DNA of 64,000 nucleotides from an uncultured Gemmatimonadales bacterium (GCA_963720365.1 CAVRFK010000004.1:196236-260235); one strand, 5' to 3'; numbered from the stretch's first letter, positions 1 through 12,431 are shown. The notes: generated by a model from the sequence alone, not told the origin. Numbers and translations: made by a program.

Positions 1-2
1 TC

Positions 3-818
3 GCCGACCGCGGCAACGCCGACATCCGGCTCGAGGCCGCGATGGCCAAGATGTGGAACACGGAGACCGGCTGGCGGATCGTGGACGACACGCTCCAGAT
101 CAAGGGCGGCCGCGGCTACGAGACCGCGGACAGCCTCCGAAGCCGCGGCGAGCGACCGGAGCCGATCGAGCGGATGATGCGCGACTTCCGCATCAACCTG
201 ATCTTCGAGGGCTCCAGCGAGATCATGCGGCTGTTCATCGCCCGCGAGGCGGTGGACACCCACCTGCGCGTCGCCGGGGATCTCATCGACCCCAAGGCGT
301 CGATGGGGAAGAAGATCAAGTCGGCTCTCCGCTCGGGCGTCTACTACGCCTGGTGGTATCCCAAGCTCTTCATCGGCTGGAGCCGGGCGCCGCGCTACTC
401 GGAGTTCGGCCGGCTCGCCGTGCACGTGCGGTTCGTGGACCGCTCGTGCCGGCGGCTGGCGCGAACCCTCTTCCACTGCATGATCCGATTCGGCCCCAAG
501 CTGGAGAAGCGGCAGGCGGTGCTCGGCCGGCTGGTGGAGATCGGCGCGGAGCTGCTGGCGATGACGGCGGCGTGCTCGCGCGCCCGCGCGCTCGAGGCAG
601 GCCGGCCCACCGGCGGATCGTCTGACGACGGTGATACCCCGGGCCCTGTTGACCTCGCGGACGTGTTCTGCCGGCATGCCCGCCGGCGCGTTCAGGACCG
701 CTTCGATGCCATCTTCGACAACGACGACGTCGCGACGTACCGCGTGGCGCAGCAGGTGGTGCGGGGCGAGCACGGCTGGCTGGAATCCGGGATGGTGAGA
801 AGCGCGGTAGCGGACTAG
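3..818 (+). CDS. Acyl-CoA dehydrogenase, C-terminal part (5' truncated by window edge)
   Basis: EAAMAK, QIKGGRGY, ERMMRDFRINLIFEGSSEIMR motifs of ACAD C-terminal domain; frame open from position 3. Confidence 0.92.
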   Translation, partial: ADRGNADIRLEAAMAKMWNTETGWRIVDDTLQIKGGRGYETADSLRSRGERPEPIERMMRDFRINLIFEGSSEIMRLFIAREAVDTHLRVAGDLIDPKASMGKKIKSALRSGVYYAWWYPKLFIGWSRAPRYSEFGRLAVHVRFVDRSCRRLARTLFHCMIRFGPKLEKRQAVLGRLVEIGAELLAMTAACSRARALEAGRPTGGSSDDGDTPGPVDLADVFCRHARRRVQDRFDAIFDNDDVATYRVAQQVVRGEHGWLESGMVRSAVAD

Positions 819-827
819 GATTCCCCT

Positions 828-1214
828 ATGACCATCGCCGAAGGCAGAACCATCCCGTTCGTCGGCCCCGAGGCCGTGGACGTCGGCGTTCTGGAGACGT
901 TCGAGTACGCCGGGCCCGACCAGGAGATCGTGACGGAGACCCGGGAGTTCAGCCCCGTGTGCCCCTACAGCGGTCTCCCGGACTTCGCGACGCTCCGGAT
1001 CACGTACGTCCCGTCCGACCGGTGCATCGAGCTCAAGAGCCTCAAGTACTACGTCACCAGTTATCGCAACGTGGGGATCTTCCAGGAGCACGCCACCGCG
1101 AAGATCGCCGAGGATCTGCAGCGGACGCTGCGGGCCCAGCGGCTGACGGTGACGACGATCTACAATACGAGGGGCGGGTTCGACACGACCTGCACTGTGA
1201 CCCTCACCAAGTAG
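828..1214 (+). CDS. queF: NADPH-dependent preQ0 reductase (short QueF)
   Basis: EFSPVCPYSGLPDFA catalytic Cys/Asp motif, ELKSLKYY QueF motif, C-terminal RGG. Confidence 0.93.
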   Translation: MTIAEGRTIPFVGPEAVDVGVLETFEYAGPDQEIVTETREFSPVCPYSGLPDFATLRITYVPSDRCIELKSLKYYVTSYRNVGIFQEHATAKIAEDLQRTLRAQRLTVTTIYNTRGGFDTTCTVTLTK

Positions 1215-1225
1215 ACACAACCAGT

Positions 1226-1293
1226 TGTCATCCTGAGCGCAGCGAAGGAGCCATGACCTGGATCATGGCTCCTTCGCTGCGCTCAGGATGACA
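1226..1293. repeat. REP-like palindrome, TGTCATCCTGAGCGCAGCGAAGG family
   Basis: Perfect 31-bp inverted repeat (1226-1256 / 1263-1293) with 6-nt loop between convergent genes. Confidence 0.92.
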
Positions 1294-1311
1294 TGCTTCT
1301 TCTACCCAGCC

Positions 1312-2829
1312 CTACCTCCCTCCCGCCACCCCATCGCTCGGCCGATTCGGCACCTTCTCCGGCCCCGGCTTCGCCCCCCTCGGCAAGAGCTCCGGCAGGT
1401 TCGCCAGCTCGAACGCCGTCACCGCCATCACCGCGCTCGCCTGCTGGAGATCGCCGGCCACCGCCTTGTCGTAGGTGTCGCTCTCCGAGTGGTGCGTGTG
1501 GTTGTAGCCCCGCGGGTCCTGGTCGAAGTTGAACGCCGGGACGCCGTAGAAGGCGAAAGCCAGGTGATCGGTTCCCGTCTTCCACGCGTCGCGAATGTTG
1601 GCCGCGCCCAGGCGCTCGACCGGGGCGAGCAGCGCGCGCCACGTCGCTTCCAGATCCGACCGGCCCTGCAGCGCCTGCCCGACGATCCGGCCGGTCCCGT
1701 TGTCGAGAACGAGCACCGCCTGAATGCTGTCGTTCTGCGCGGCGTGCGCCGCGGCGTAGGCCCGCGAGCCCATCAGCCCCTGCTCCTCGCCGCTGAACAG
1801 GATGAACCGGATCGTCCGCTTGGGCTTGAGACCCGAACGGGCCAGCACCCGCGCGGCCTCGAGCACGACCATCGAGCCCGCGCCGTTGTCGGTCACGCCG
1901 GTGCCCAGGTCCCAGCTGTCGAGGTGGGCGCCGAGGATGACGACCTGGCCCGGCAGCTCGCTCCCCTTGAGCTCGGCCACGGTGTTCCACTGCTGCACCC
2001 GCGACTTGCCGAGCTTGTTCTCCACCCGGCCTTCGAGCCGCGGCACGACGCCGTGCTGAAGCTGCCGCTCGAGCAGGGTGTAGTCCTCGTGCGAGATCAC
2101 GATGTTCGGCAGCGGCGCGACCCGGTTGGGCGAGCCGCTCATCGTCATCAGCCCGTGCTCCTTGCCGCCGTCCACCAGCGTGCCGAGGGCGCCGGCCTCC
2201 TTGAGCAGGTACGGGAGGTCGATCTGGAACTGGCGACGAGCCAGCACGGCCGGCGCCGTCGTGTCGGCCGTGAGTGACGCCCGGGCGGCCTGCATCGCGG
2301 CGACCCGCTGGGAGTCCTCCGCCGTCGGCGGGGGCCCGTCGGGGTTCAAGACCGGCCTGGAGGGCCCCGGCAGCACCCAGGCGCCCTTGACCCGGTCGCG
2401 GTAGCGGGCCAGGCTGTCCCGGTTGGACAGGTCCGCCAGCACCACGGGCCCCTTCCGCGCCTTGCCGTCGGTCCCGGCGGTCCAGGCCCAGCTGTGTCCG
2501 GTGATCGCCCGGTCGAACGGCTCCACGAGTCGGAGGGACAGCGGCCCGCGCTCCCAGGTGACCCCGAAGTCGAACGGCTCCAGCACCGCCGTCAGACCGT
2601 ATTTGCGGAACTGCTCCGCGGTCCAGTCGTTGGCCCGGCGCATGGCCGGCGAGCCGCTGAGGCGGGGGCCGATGACATCGCTGAGGTAGCGGAGGCTCTC
2701 CATCACCTCGGACCGCTCAGTGGCCTCCGCGATGAGTGCCCCGGCACCCGTGGTGTCCATCGAGGCCTGGGCCTGGAGCGATGCCGGCAGGAGCCCGGCG
2801 AGGAGGAGGAAGCAGGACCGTCTGATCAT
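1312..2829 (-). CDS. Secreted M28 family metallopeptidase (carboxypeptidase Q-like)
   Basis: Signal peptide MIRRSCFLLLAGLLPASLQAQ; GAHLDSWD, DNGAG, GEEQGLMGS, TDH, HHSESDT motifs. Confidence 0.9.
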   Translation of the reverse strand: MIRRSCFLLLAGLLPASLQAQASMDTTGAGALIAEATERSEVMESLRYLSDVIGPRLSGSPAMRRANDWTAEQFRKYGLTAVLEPFDFGVTWERGPLSLRLVEPFDRAITGHSWAWTAGTDGKARKGPVVLADLSNRDSLARYRDRVKGAWVLPGPSRPVLNPDGPPPTAEDSQRVAAMQAARASLTADTTAPAVLARRQFQIDLPYLLKEAGALGTLVDGGKEHGLMTMSGSPNRVAPLPNIVISHEDYTLLERQLQHGVVPRLEGRVENKLGKSRVQQWNTVAELKGSELPGQVVILGAHLDSWDLGTGVTDNGAGSMVVLEAARVLARSGLKPKRTIRFILFSGEEQGLMGSRAYAAAHAAQNDSIQAVLVLDNGTGRIVGQALQGRSDLEATWRALLAPVERLGAANIRDAWKTGTDHLAFAFYGVPAFNFDQDPRGYNHTHHSESDTYDKAVAGDLQQASAVMAVTAFELANLPELLPRGAKPGPEKVPNRPSDGVAGGR

Positions 2830-2944
2830 GCGACAAATGTCCCATGTTGGCGTGGTTGCTGGCGTTGCTGACCCGGCGCAAATTATACTGCGAAATCGCC
2901 GCGCTCCATTCCCCTCCCGACGCATCACCCGAAGGAGCAGGTCA

Positions 2945-4234
2945 GTGCCCCAGCCCCAGGACACCCTGACGATCACCGACAATCGCACCGGACGCACCTA
3001 CGAGGTCCCGGTCGCCGAGGGTACCGTGCGTGCCACCGACCTTCGCCAGATCAAGGTCGCGGACGACGACTTCGGCCTCATGACGTACGACCCGGCCTTC
3101 ATGAACACAGCCGCGTGCCGGAGCGCGATCACGTACATCGACGGCGACCGGGGGATCCTGCGATACCGCGGCTATCCGATCGAGCAGCTCGCCGAACACT
3201 CGAGCTTCCTGGAGGTGGCGTACCTGCTGATCGAGGGCGAGCTGCCCACGGCCCAGCAGCTCCAGGAGTGGACCGAGCTGGTGAAATACCACACCTACGT
3301 CCACACCAACATCACCAAGTTCCTCGAGGGCTTCCGCTACGACGCCCATCCGATGGGGATGCTGCTGGGCGTGGTGGGCGCGCTCTCCACCTTCTATCCG
3401 GACGCCAAGAACATCCACGATCCGGCCAACCGGAAGCTGCAGCGGGTGCGGCTGCTCGCCAAGGCGCCGACCATCGCCGCGTTCGCGTTCCGCCACTCGC
3501 GGGGTCTGCCCTTCGTCTTCCCCGACAACGATCTCGACTACATCGCGAACTTCGTCAACATGACGTTCAGCATCGGCGGCCGCCACAAGCCGAAGAAGGT
3601 GCTGCAGCGCGCGCTCGAGATCCTGCTGATCCTCCACGCGGACCACGAGCAGAACTGCTCGACCAGCGCGGTGCGCGCCGTCGGCTCCTCGCACGTGGAC
3701 CCGTTCTCCGCCGTCTCCGCCGGCATCGCCGCCCTCTACGGTCCGCTGCACGGCGGGGCCAACGAGGCGGTCCTCGCCATGCTGGACGAGATCGGGGACA
3801 AGAAGAACGTCCCGGCGTTCATCAAGGAGGTGAAGGGCGGCGGCGGCCGGCTCATGGGCTTCGGCCACCGGGTCTACAAGTCGTACGACCCGCGCGCCAA
3901 GCTGATCAAGCGGGTGGCGGACGACGTCTTCAAGGAGACGGGCCTCAATCCCAAGCTGGAGATCGCCCTCGAGCTGGAGCGGATCGCGCTGGAGGACGAC
4001 TACTTCATCAAGCGGAAGCTCTATCCCAACGTGGACTTCTACTCCGGCCTGATCTACCAGGCGATGGGCTATCCCACCGCGTACTTCACTGTGCTCTTCG
4101 CGCTGGGGCGGATGCCGGGCTGGCTCGCCCAGTGGGAGGAGATGCTGCTGGACAAGGACCAGAAGATCGCCCGCCCGCGGCAGATCTACACCGGCAAGGA
4201 CGAGCGTCCCTTCGTGCCGATCGAGAAGCGGTGA
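2945..4234 (+). CDS. gltA: Citrate synthase
   Basis: GILRYRGYPIEQL, HADHEQNCST, GPLHGGAN, GFGHRVYK, YPNVDFYSG; GTG start after AAGGAG. Confidence 0.96.
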   Translation: MPQPQDTLTITDNRTGRTYEVPVAEGTVRATDLRQIKVADDDFGLMTYDPAFMNTAACRSAITYIDGDRGILRYRGYPIEQLAEHSSFLEVAYLLIEGELPTAQQLQEWTELVKYHTYVHTNITKFLEGFRYDAHPMGMLLGVVGALSTFYPDAKNIHDPANRKLQRVRLLAKAPTIAAFAFRHSRGLPFVFPDNDLDYIANFVNMTFSIGGRHKPKKVLQRALEILLILHADHEQNCSTSAVRAVGSSHVDPFSAVSAGIAALYGPLHGGANEAVLAMLDEIGDKKNVPAFIKEVKGGGGRLMGFGHRVYKSYDPRAKLIKRVADDVFKETGLNPKLEIALELERIALEDDYFIKRKLYPNVDFYSGLIYQAMGYPTAYFTVLFALGRMPGWLAQWEEMLLDKDQKIARPRQIYTGKDERPFVPIEKR

Positions 4235-4238
4235 TCTG

Positions 4239-6189
<1,951 letters not shown>

Positions 6190-6192
<3 letters not shown>

Positions 6193-6383
6193 GCGGTCAG
6201 GCGGTCAGGCGGTCAGGCGGACGGGAACCAGCCTGTCATCCCGAGCAAAGCGAGGGATCTTGCCGGCGAGCATCGATGCTCGCAGAGAAGATCCCTCGCT
6301 TCGCTCGGGATGACATGGCCACTGCGGATTGACATCTGCGCCTCTACCGCCTGACCGCCTGACCGCCTACCGCCGACCGCCTA
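6190..6383. repeat. Composite repeat: (AGGCGGTC)n arm - TGTCATCCCGAGC palindrome - (GACCGCCT)n arm
   Basis: 8-mer tandem arrays in inverted orientation around an IR at 6234-6315; second copy at 36549-36744. Confidence 0.9.
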
Positions 6384-8300
6384 CTCCCCTCCCGGATCCT
6401 CCTCCAGATACGTATACCCCTCCAACCCCGCCACGAAATCCGCGATGAACGAATTCGCCTCCTGCCGCGACAGCCCCTTCGCGTTCCCCACCTTCCGCCG
6501 GAACGTCGCCAGCAGGTCGCTGGCGTGGAACTGGACGTAGTTGAGCACTTCGGTAACCGTGTCCCCGTGGACCATGTCGGTCACCTCGTACCCCTGCTCC
6601 GTCAGGCGGATGTGCACGGCGTTGGTGTCGCCGAAGAGGTTGTGCAGGTCGCCCAGGATTTCCTGATAGGCGCCGGTCAGGAAGATGCCCAGGATGTACG
6701 GCTCGCCCTCGCTGACCGGATGCAGCTCGAGAGACGGCTTCCCTTTCCGGCCCCCGGCGAATCGGTCGATCACCCCGTCGGAGTCGCAGGTCATGTCCTG
6801 CAGCGTTCCCCGCCGGCTGGGCGTTTCCAGCAGCCGGTGGATCGGCATGATCGGGAAGAGCTGGTCGATCGCCCAGTGGTCGGGGAGCGACTGGAAGACG
6901 GAGAAGTTGCAGAAGTACCGGTCCACCAGCGACGCATCGATGTGCGCCGTGATCTCGGGGAACGCCGACTTGTCCTCCCCGATCGCCTGCTGCAGCGCGT
7001 GCAGCGTCGCCAGGTAGAGCTGCTCCGCGTCCGCCTTGTCCCGCAGCGAGAACACCCCGCTGGCGAAGTATTCCTGGGTCCGCTCCTTGGCGAACAGGGC
7101 GTCGTGGAACACCTCCTCGATCCGCTCGGTGTTGAGCGCCTCGAGGTTCTCCGCCATCTCCTGAAGCAGCGCATGGGGCTCGTCGCCCAGCTTGGGCGGC
7201 GACGGCTCCACCAGCGACTCCACGTCGGTCACCGCCACCAGCAGCAGCGCGTGGTGGGCCGTCAGCGCCCGCCCCGACTCGCTGATGACGTGCGGCATCG
7301 GCAGCTCGTTGTTTCGGCAGGCCGTCCCGATGGTGTAGATGACGTCGCTGGCGTACTCCCGCATCGTGTAGTTGACGCTGGCGGAGCGGGTGGACCGTGA
7401 GCCGTCGTAGTCCACGCCCAGTCCGCCGCCCACGTCCACGTGGGTGATGTTGAAGCCCATCCCGCGGAACTCGGAGTAGTACCGGGTGATCTCCTCCAGC
7501 CCGGCCTTCACGTGCCGGATGTCGGTGATCTGGCTGCCAAGGTGGAAGTGCACCAGCCGGAGCAGGTCCTTGCGCCCGCGCCGCTCCAGCTCGTCCAGCA
7601 GCCGCATCAGCTCCACCGCCGAAAGTCCGAACTTGGAGCGCTCGCCGCCGCTCTTGGCCCAGCGGCCCGACCCTTCGGTGGCCAGCTTGATGCGCACGCC
7701 GGCCGTCGGCTCCACGCCCATCTCGTCCGCGATCTTGAGCAGCACCTCCAGCTCGTTGAGCTGCTCCAGCACGATCATCACCGTGTGCCCCAGCTTCTGG
7801 CCCATGAGAGCCAGCCGCATGTACTCCTCGTCCTTGTAGCCGTTGCAGACGATGAGGTGGCGGGTGTCCTCGTTCAGGGCGAGCACCGCCTGGAGCTCCG
7901 GCTTGCTGCCGCACTCGAGGCCGACGCCGTACGGCGCGCCGAACTCGACGATCTCCTGCACCACGTGCCGCTGCTGGTTCACCTTCACCGGGTAGACCGT
8001 GGTGTAGGTGCCCTCGTACCCGAATTCGTTGATCGCCTTGGAGAACTCGCCCGAGAGGGCTTCGATCCGCGATTTCAGGATATCCGAAAATCGGAGCAGC
8101 AGCGGGAGGCCGACGCCCTGCGCGTGCAGGTCGGTGGCGAGGTGGTAGAGATCGAGCCCGCGCTTCTTGTTCGCGTCGGGATGCACGGTGACGTGGCCGT
8201 CGGCGTTGACCCGGAAATAGCCCAGTCCCCAGCCGCTCATGTTATAGAGCTTTTCCGCGTCCTTTACGGTCCAGGCGGGGGGCGCGACGGAAGTGGCGAT
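6381..8300 (-). CDS. speA: Biosynthetic arginine decarboxylase
   Basis: YPVKVNQQR PLP-lysine motif, GSKPEL, HFHLGSQI, DVGGGLG, TCDSDG, GAYQEILGDLHNLFGD; start placed at an ATC behind AGGAG (see findings). Confidence 0.95.
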   Translation of the reverse strand: MATSVAPPAWTVKDAEKLYNMSGWGLGYFRVNADGHVTVHPDANKKRGLDLYHLATDLHAQGVGLPLLLRFSDILKSRIEALSGEFSKAINEFGYEGTYTTVYPVKVNQQRHVVQEIVEFGAPYGVGLECGSKPELQAVLALNEDTRHLIVCNGYKDEEYMRLALMGQKLGHTVMIVLEQLNELEVLLKIADEMGVEPTAGVRIKLATEGSGRWAKSGGERSKFGLSAVELMRLLDELERRGRKDLLRLVHFHLGSQITDIRHVKAGLEEITRYYSEFRGMGFNITHVDVGGGLGVDYDGSRSTRSASVNYTMREYASDVIYTIGTACRNNELPMPHVISESGRALTAHHALLLVAVTDVESLVEPSPPKLGDEPHALLQEMAENLEALNTERIEEVFHDALFAKERTQEYFASGVFSLRDKADAEQLYLATLHALQQAIGEDKSAFPEITAHIDASLVDRYFCNFSVFQSLPDHWAIDQLFPIMPIHRLLETPSRRGTLQDMTCDSDGVIDRFAGGRKGKPSLELHPVSEGEPYILGIFLTGAYQEILGDLHNLFGDTNAVHIRLTEQGYEVTDMVHGDTVTEVLNYVQFHASDLLATFRRKVGNAKGLSRQEANSFIADFVAGLEGYTYLEEDPGGE

Positions 8301-8330
8301 GTCGAACTCCTGATGGGGGGCGAAACGGCA

Positions 8331-8336
8331 ATTGTA
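8331..8336 (-). promoter_or_regulatory. Putative -10 element (TACAAT) for speA
   Basis: TACAAT on the minus strand about 30 nt upstream of the AGGAG-N6-ATC start. Confidence 0.45.
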
Positions 8337-8560
8337 ATGGTGTGCGACAGTGAGGGAAAGCGTCGTAGCGGAACCGCTACAAGCGTCGCTCCCGGGGGGC
8401 GGTGCAGCCGTCGTCACCCGGGATAACCGGCTCCGACGGCACCAGTTCCGGGCGGGGCCGACACCCCGGTTCCGGGCACGAAGCTCGCACCTTGGGATGG
8501 TGCAGCCCGTGACAGTCGGCAGCAGCGGACTGCACCACCGTCGAAGATTGGGAGGTTGTC

Positions 8561-9265
8561 ATGGCCGCGCCCGGTTTGCTTTCGACCCGTCGTTTCTCAG
8601 CGTCGACCCGTTTCCGTCTCCAGGTCCAGTTCGCCCGGGCCTGGGAGGCGCTTGCCGATACGTACCACATCCAGGCCGCCGAGTTCGTCCGCCGTCTCCG
8701 GGCTCAGCTCCCGATGGACGAGGCGCTGGACCGCTTCTTCCGCGAAGTGGGCGTGCCGTCCGCGATGACCGACACGGTGCGTGCCCGGGCGCTGATCGCC
8801 CTGGCGCCGTTGTTCGAGGAAGAGGAAAACGAGGAGTCGCCCGAGGAGACCCGCGAGTCCGGCTGGAGCCCCCTCCGGCCCGACCATCTCATCGGCGCTC
8901 TCCGGCGCCGGGCGCAGTACGTCGAAGAGACCAACCTGGAGTGCCGTCTGGCGGCGTCCATCGCCGATGAGGCGGTGGCGGCCACCCACGTCCGCATGGC
9001 GCTCGAGATCGCCGAGCTGCTGGCGGGCGAGTGCAGCCCGGACGAGTCCATCATGCACTACGTCCGCTCGTTCAACCTGCCGGCCATCGACGCGCAGATC
9101 ATCTTCCGCCGCGCCATGGCCACCTGGGCCGAGCGCGATCCCCTCGGCCTCGACCGGGTGGAGCCGGTGACCCCGATGGCGCCCACGATGGCGATCTGCG
9201 CCAGCGGAGCCCAGGTGGACTTCGCCGGCCGGATCCGGCTCGGCCTGCGAGCGGCGATCAGCTAG
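8561..9265 (+). CDS. Hypothetical helical protein with internal duplication
   Basis: GGAGG RBS, coding-like GC3; two similar helical segments (TYHIQAAEFV..ARALIALA / ATHVRMALEI..RRAMATWA). Confidence 0.75.
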   Translation: MAAPGLLSTRRFSASTRFRLQVQFARAWEALADTYHIQAAEFVRRLRAQLPMDEALDRFFREVGVPSAMTDTVRARALIALAPLFEEEENEESPEETRESGWSPLRPDHLIGALRRRAQYVEETNLECRLAASIADEAVAATHVRMALEIAELLAGECSPDESIMHYVRSFNLPAIDAQIIFRRAMATWAERDPLGLDRVEPVTPMAPTMAICASGAQVDFAGRIRLGLRAAIS

Positions 9266-9278
9266 ACCTGCGCGAAAC

Positions 9279-9355
9279 GTGAAGAGCGAAGAGTGAAAGA
9301 GAGGGGGCGGCCGCGACGGTCGCCCCCTGTTCACTGTTCACTATTCACTTTTCAC
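9279..9355. terminator. Hairpin flanked by inverted 7-mer arrays (GTGAAGA / TTCACT..), terminator-like
   Basis: AGGGGGCGGCCG..CGGTCGCCCCCT stem with (G(T/C)GAA) and (TTCAC) heptamer arms. Confidence 0.6.
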
Positions 9356-9369
9356 GCTTTATTTGGGCT

Positions 9370-10491
9370 ATGGGCTGGACCATCACCATCGGGCGTGTGG
9401 CCGGGACCGAGCTCAAGGTCCACCTCACCTTCTTTATCCTGATCGCATTCTGGGGCATAGCGGGCTACCAGCAGGGCGGGACCGCCGGCTCGGTGGCCGC
9501 CTGTCTCATGCTGTTCGCGCTCTTCGCCTGCGTGCTGCTTCACGAGTTCGGGCACGTTCTCATGGCGCGGCGATTCGGTGTTCGCACGCCCGACGTCATT
9601 CTGCTCCCGATCGGCGGCGTCGCCCGTCTCGAGCGGATCCCCGATGAGCCCCGCCAGGAGCTGCTGATCGCGCTGGCGGGACCGGCGGTGACCCTCGCGA
9701 TCGTCGTCGCGCTCTACGGCCTGCTGGCGGTGTTCGGCGAGGCGCCGCGGCTGGGCGAGCTCGACCCCGACGGCCCGTTCCTCGAGACCCTCCTGCGGGT
9801 CAATTTCTACCTCTTGGTCTTCAACCTGTTCCCCGCATTCCCAATGGATGGGGGACGGGTGCTCCGCGCCTTGCTCTCGAGCCGCCTGGGTCTGCTCACG
9901 GGTACCCGTATCGCGGCGCGATTCGGGCAGGCCAGCGCGATTGTCGCCGGCGTGTACGCGCTGACCACCGGCCAGCCGCTTCTGGCACTGGTGGCGCTCT
10001 TCGTATTCCTTGGCGCGGGCGCCGAAGCCGCGGCGGTGGAGACGCGGGTCGCGGGACGGGGCCTGACGGTCGCGCAGATGATGGTCACCCGCTTCCAGAC
10101 GATACCTGTGCACGCCGCCCTGGCCCAGGCAGTGGAGCTGCTGCTCTCCGGTGAGCAGCGGGAGTTCCCGGTGGTGGATAACCTGGGGCGGCTGGAAGGC
10201 CTGCTGACCCGGGACAATCTGATCAAGGGCATCAGCCAGCGGGGAACGGACTCGATCGTGGCCGAGACCATGACCGCTCCAGTGGCGACGGTCACGCCGG
10301 AGCTCGGCTTTCAGGAGGCCCTGGAACGGCTTCGGTCGAGCGGGCTGCCGGCTCTCCCGGTCATGGAAGCAGGCGGGCGACTGGTCGGGCTGCTCACGAT
10401 GGACAACATCACGGACCTGTTGCTTGTGAGGGCCAGCGGGGCCGCGGCGCCGCCGCAGGATCGCGGCACGGCACCGTTTCGCGGCACCTAA
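9370..10491 (+). CDS. Site-2 protease (M50) with C-terminal CBS pair
   Basis: HEFGH, AGPAV, FNLFPAFPMDGGR motifs; two CBS repeats (FPVVD, LPVME). Confidence 0.93.
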   Translation: MGWTITIGRVAGTELKVHLTFFILIAFWGIAGYQQGGTAGSVAACLMLFALFACVLLHEFGHVLMARRFGVRTPDVILLPIGGVARLERIPDEPRQELLIALAGPAVTLAIVVALYGLLAVFGEAPRLGELDPDGPFLETLLRVNFYLLVFNLFPAFPMDGGRVLRALLSSRLGLLTGTRIAARFGQASAIVAGVYALTTGQPLLALVALFVFLGAGAEAAAVETRVAGRGLTVAQMMVTRFQTIPVHAALAQAVELLLSGEQREFPVVDNLGRLEGLLTRDNLIKGISQRGTDSIVAETMTAPVATVTPELGFQEALERLRSSGLPALPVMEAGGRLVGLLTMDNITDLLLVRASGAAAPPQDRGTAPFRGT

Positions 10492-11012
10492 CGGGGCGGT
10501 TGCCCCGCATCCGCGCACTCCCGCTTCCGCCACGCCGACGGCGAGCACGCGAACCCACCGCTCTTCCACAGGCCCGCGCGAGCAGCGCGGGCCTCTTTTT
10601 GCGCCCGCTCCAGCCGCTCCGCATACTTGACGTTCGGCGGCACGGTGTAGAGCAACGCCCACCCTCGCGCACCATGCTCTCGTTCACCAGCCGGGCGGCC
10701 GACCCAGACATACGCCAGCTCGCGGCGATACTGGTCGCGCGGGGAGACATCGCGCTCGAGGCGGATGGTGGTACCCTTCGGCAGCAGGCGGCGCAGCGCC
10801 TCCTGCGCCTGACGGCCCGGCTCGCCCTGTCCCAGCTCCGGCGTGTCGATGCCGATGAGCCGCACCCGGCGCTGGTCGGCGCAGTGGAAGCTGTCGCCGT
10901 CGGAGATTCGCCCGACGACGCAGGGTGGCTCGTCGGAAGCGGTGGACGGACGGGCGGACCCGCACGAGGGAAGCGCGAGCGCGGCAAGCAGGGCGAGCGT
11001 GAGTCGATGCAT
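10488..11012 (-). CDS. Thermonuclease (SNase-like), lipoprotein-type signal; short internal compensating frameshifts
   Basis: ISDGDSF, VRLIGIDTPE, DQYRRELAYVW, ARAARAGLW; conserved LVNESMVREG lies in the adjacent frame. Confidence 0.88.
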   Translation of the reverse strand: MHRLTLALLAALALPSCGSARPSTASDEPPCVVGRISDGDSFHCADQRRVRLIGIDTPELGQGEPGRQAQEALRRLLPKGTTIRLERDVSPRDQYRRELAYVWVGRPAGEREHGARGWALLYTVPPNVKYAERLERAQKEARAARAGLWKSGGFACSPSAWRKRECADAGQPPR

Positions 11013-11042
11013 GAAGCGGCAATCTACGGGGAGAAGCGCGGT

Positions 11043-12431
11043 ATGGCATCATCGTCGTACCACATCGAGCGCAGCAGCACGCTGCCGGTCTCCGCGGACG
11101 AGGCGTTCGCCTGGCACGCGCGGCCGGGCGCGCTCGAGCGCCTCACCCCGCCGTGGGAGCGGGTTCGCGTAGTGGAGCGCACCGGCGGGATCGAGGACGG
11201 CGGCAGCGCCACGTTCCTGGTGCGCGTTGGGCCGGCGTCATTCCGCTGGGTCGCGGTCCACCGCGACTACGAGCCGGGTCGCCGCTTCGTGGACGAACAG
11301 GTGAAGGGACCGTTCTCCCACTGGATCCACCAGCACCTCTTCGAGCCGCTCGGGCCCGGCTCCTCGCGCTACACCGACCGGATCGAGTTCGGCCCGCCCT
11401 TCGGCACGCTCGGCATCATGGCCGGCAGCTGGCTGGCCCGCCCCAGACTCGAGCGAATGCTGACGTACCGCCATGCCCTGCTCCGCGAGGATCTCGCGGC
11501 GCACGCGCGGGTGTCCGGCCGCGGTCCGCTGCACGTCGCGATCACCGGCGCCAGCGGCTTCATCGGCCGCCAGCTCTCACCCTTCCTCACGACCGGCGGC
11601 CACCGGGTCACGCCGGTCACCCGCCGCTCGGGTGTCCCGGGCACGATCCACTGGCACCCGTCCACCGGTACGATCGACGCGGAGGCGTTCGAGGGCGTGG
11701 ACGCGGTGATTCACCTCGCCGGCGAGAACATCGGCACGCGATGGAACGACGAGCGGAAACGCAGCATGCGGCAGAGCCGGGTGGACGGTACCGGGCTCCT
11801 GGCCCGGACGCTCGCGGGGCTGCGCCGTCCGCCGCGCGTGCTGATCTCGGCCTCGGCGATGGGGATCTACGGGAATCGGGGCAACAAGCTGCTGAGCGAG
11901 GAGGACGTGCCGGCGGGCCCGCCGCCCGATTTCTTCGTGCATCTGGGCCGCGAGTGGGAGGCCGCCGCCGACCCCGCGCGCGACGCCGGCATCCGTGTGG
12001 TCCACCCCAGGTTCGGCCTCGTCATGTCGCCGGAGGGCGGCGCGCTCGGCCGAATGCTGCTCCCCTTCAAGGCCGGCGTGGGCGGGCAGCTCGGCAACGG
12101 AACGCAGTGGGTGAGCTGGATCTCGATGGATGACGCGGTCGGCGTGGTGCACCACGCGATCTTCACGGACGAGCTGTCGGGTCCGGTCAACGCGGCGGCG
12201 CCCGAGGCCGTCACCAGCAAGACCTTCGCCTCGACCCTCGGCAAAGTCCTCCACCGGCCCGCGCTCCTTCCAGCGCCGGCGCCCGCGCTCAAGCTGGTCT
12301 TCGGCGAGATGGCGGACACGGCGTTGCTCGCGAGCCAGCGCCTCTCGCCGGCCAAGCTGCTCGACTCCGGCTATTCCTTTCGCCATCCGAAGCTGGAGAC
12401 GGCACTGCGGCACGAGCTGGGACGGACATGA
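11043..12431 (+). CDS. SRPBCC domain + TIGR01777-type NAD-dependent epimerase
   Basis: [22 protein letters not shown]; [37 protein letters not shown]. Confidence 0.88.
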   Translation: MASSSYHIERSSTLPVSADEAFAWHARPGALERLTPPWERVRVVERTGGIEDGGSATFLVRVGPASFRWVAVHRDYEPGRRFVDEQVKGPFSHWIHQHLFEPLGPGSSRYTDRIEFGPPFGTLGIMAGSWLARPRLERMLTYRHALLREDLAAHARVSGRGPLHVAITGASGFIGRQLSPFLTTGGHRVTPVTRRSGVPGTIHWHPSTGTIDAEAFEGVDAVIHLAGENIGTRWNDERKRSMRQSRVDGTGLLARTLAGLRRPPRVLISASAMGIYGNRGNKLLSEEDVPAGPPPDFFVHLGREWEAAADPARDAGIRVVHPRFGLVMSPEGGALGRMLLPFKAGVGGQLGNGTQWVSWISMDDAVGVVHHAIFTDELSGPVNAAAPEAVTSKTFASTLGKVLHRPALLPAPAPALKLVFGEMADTALLASQRLSPAKLLDSGYSFRHPKLETALRHELGRT

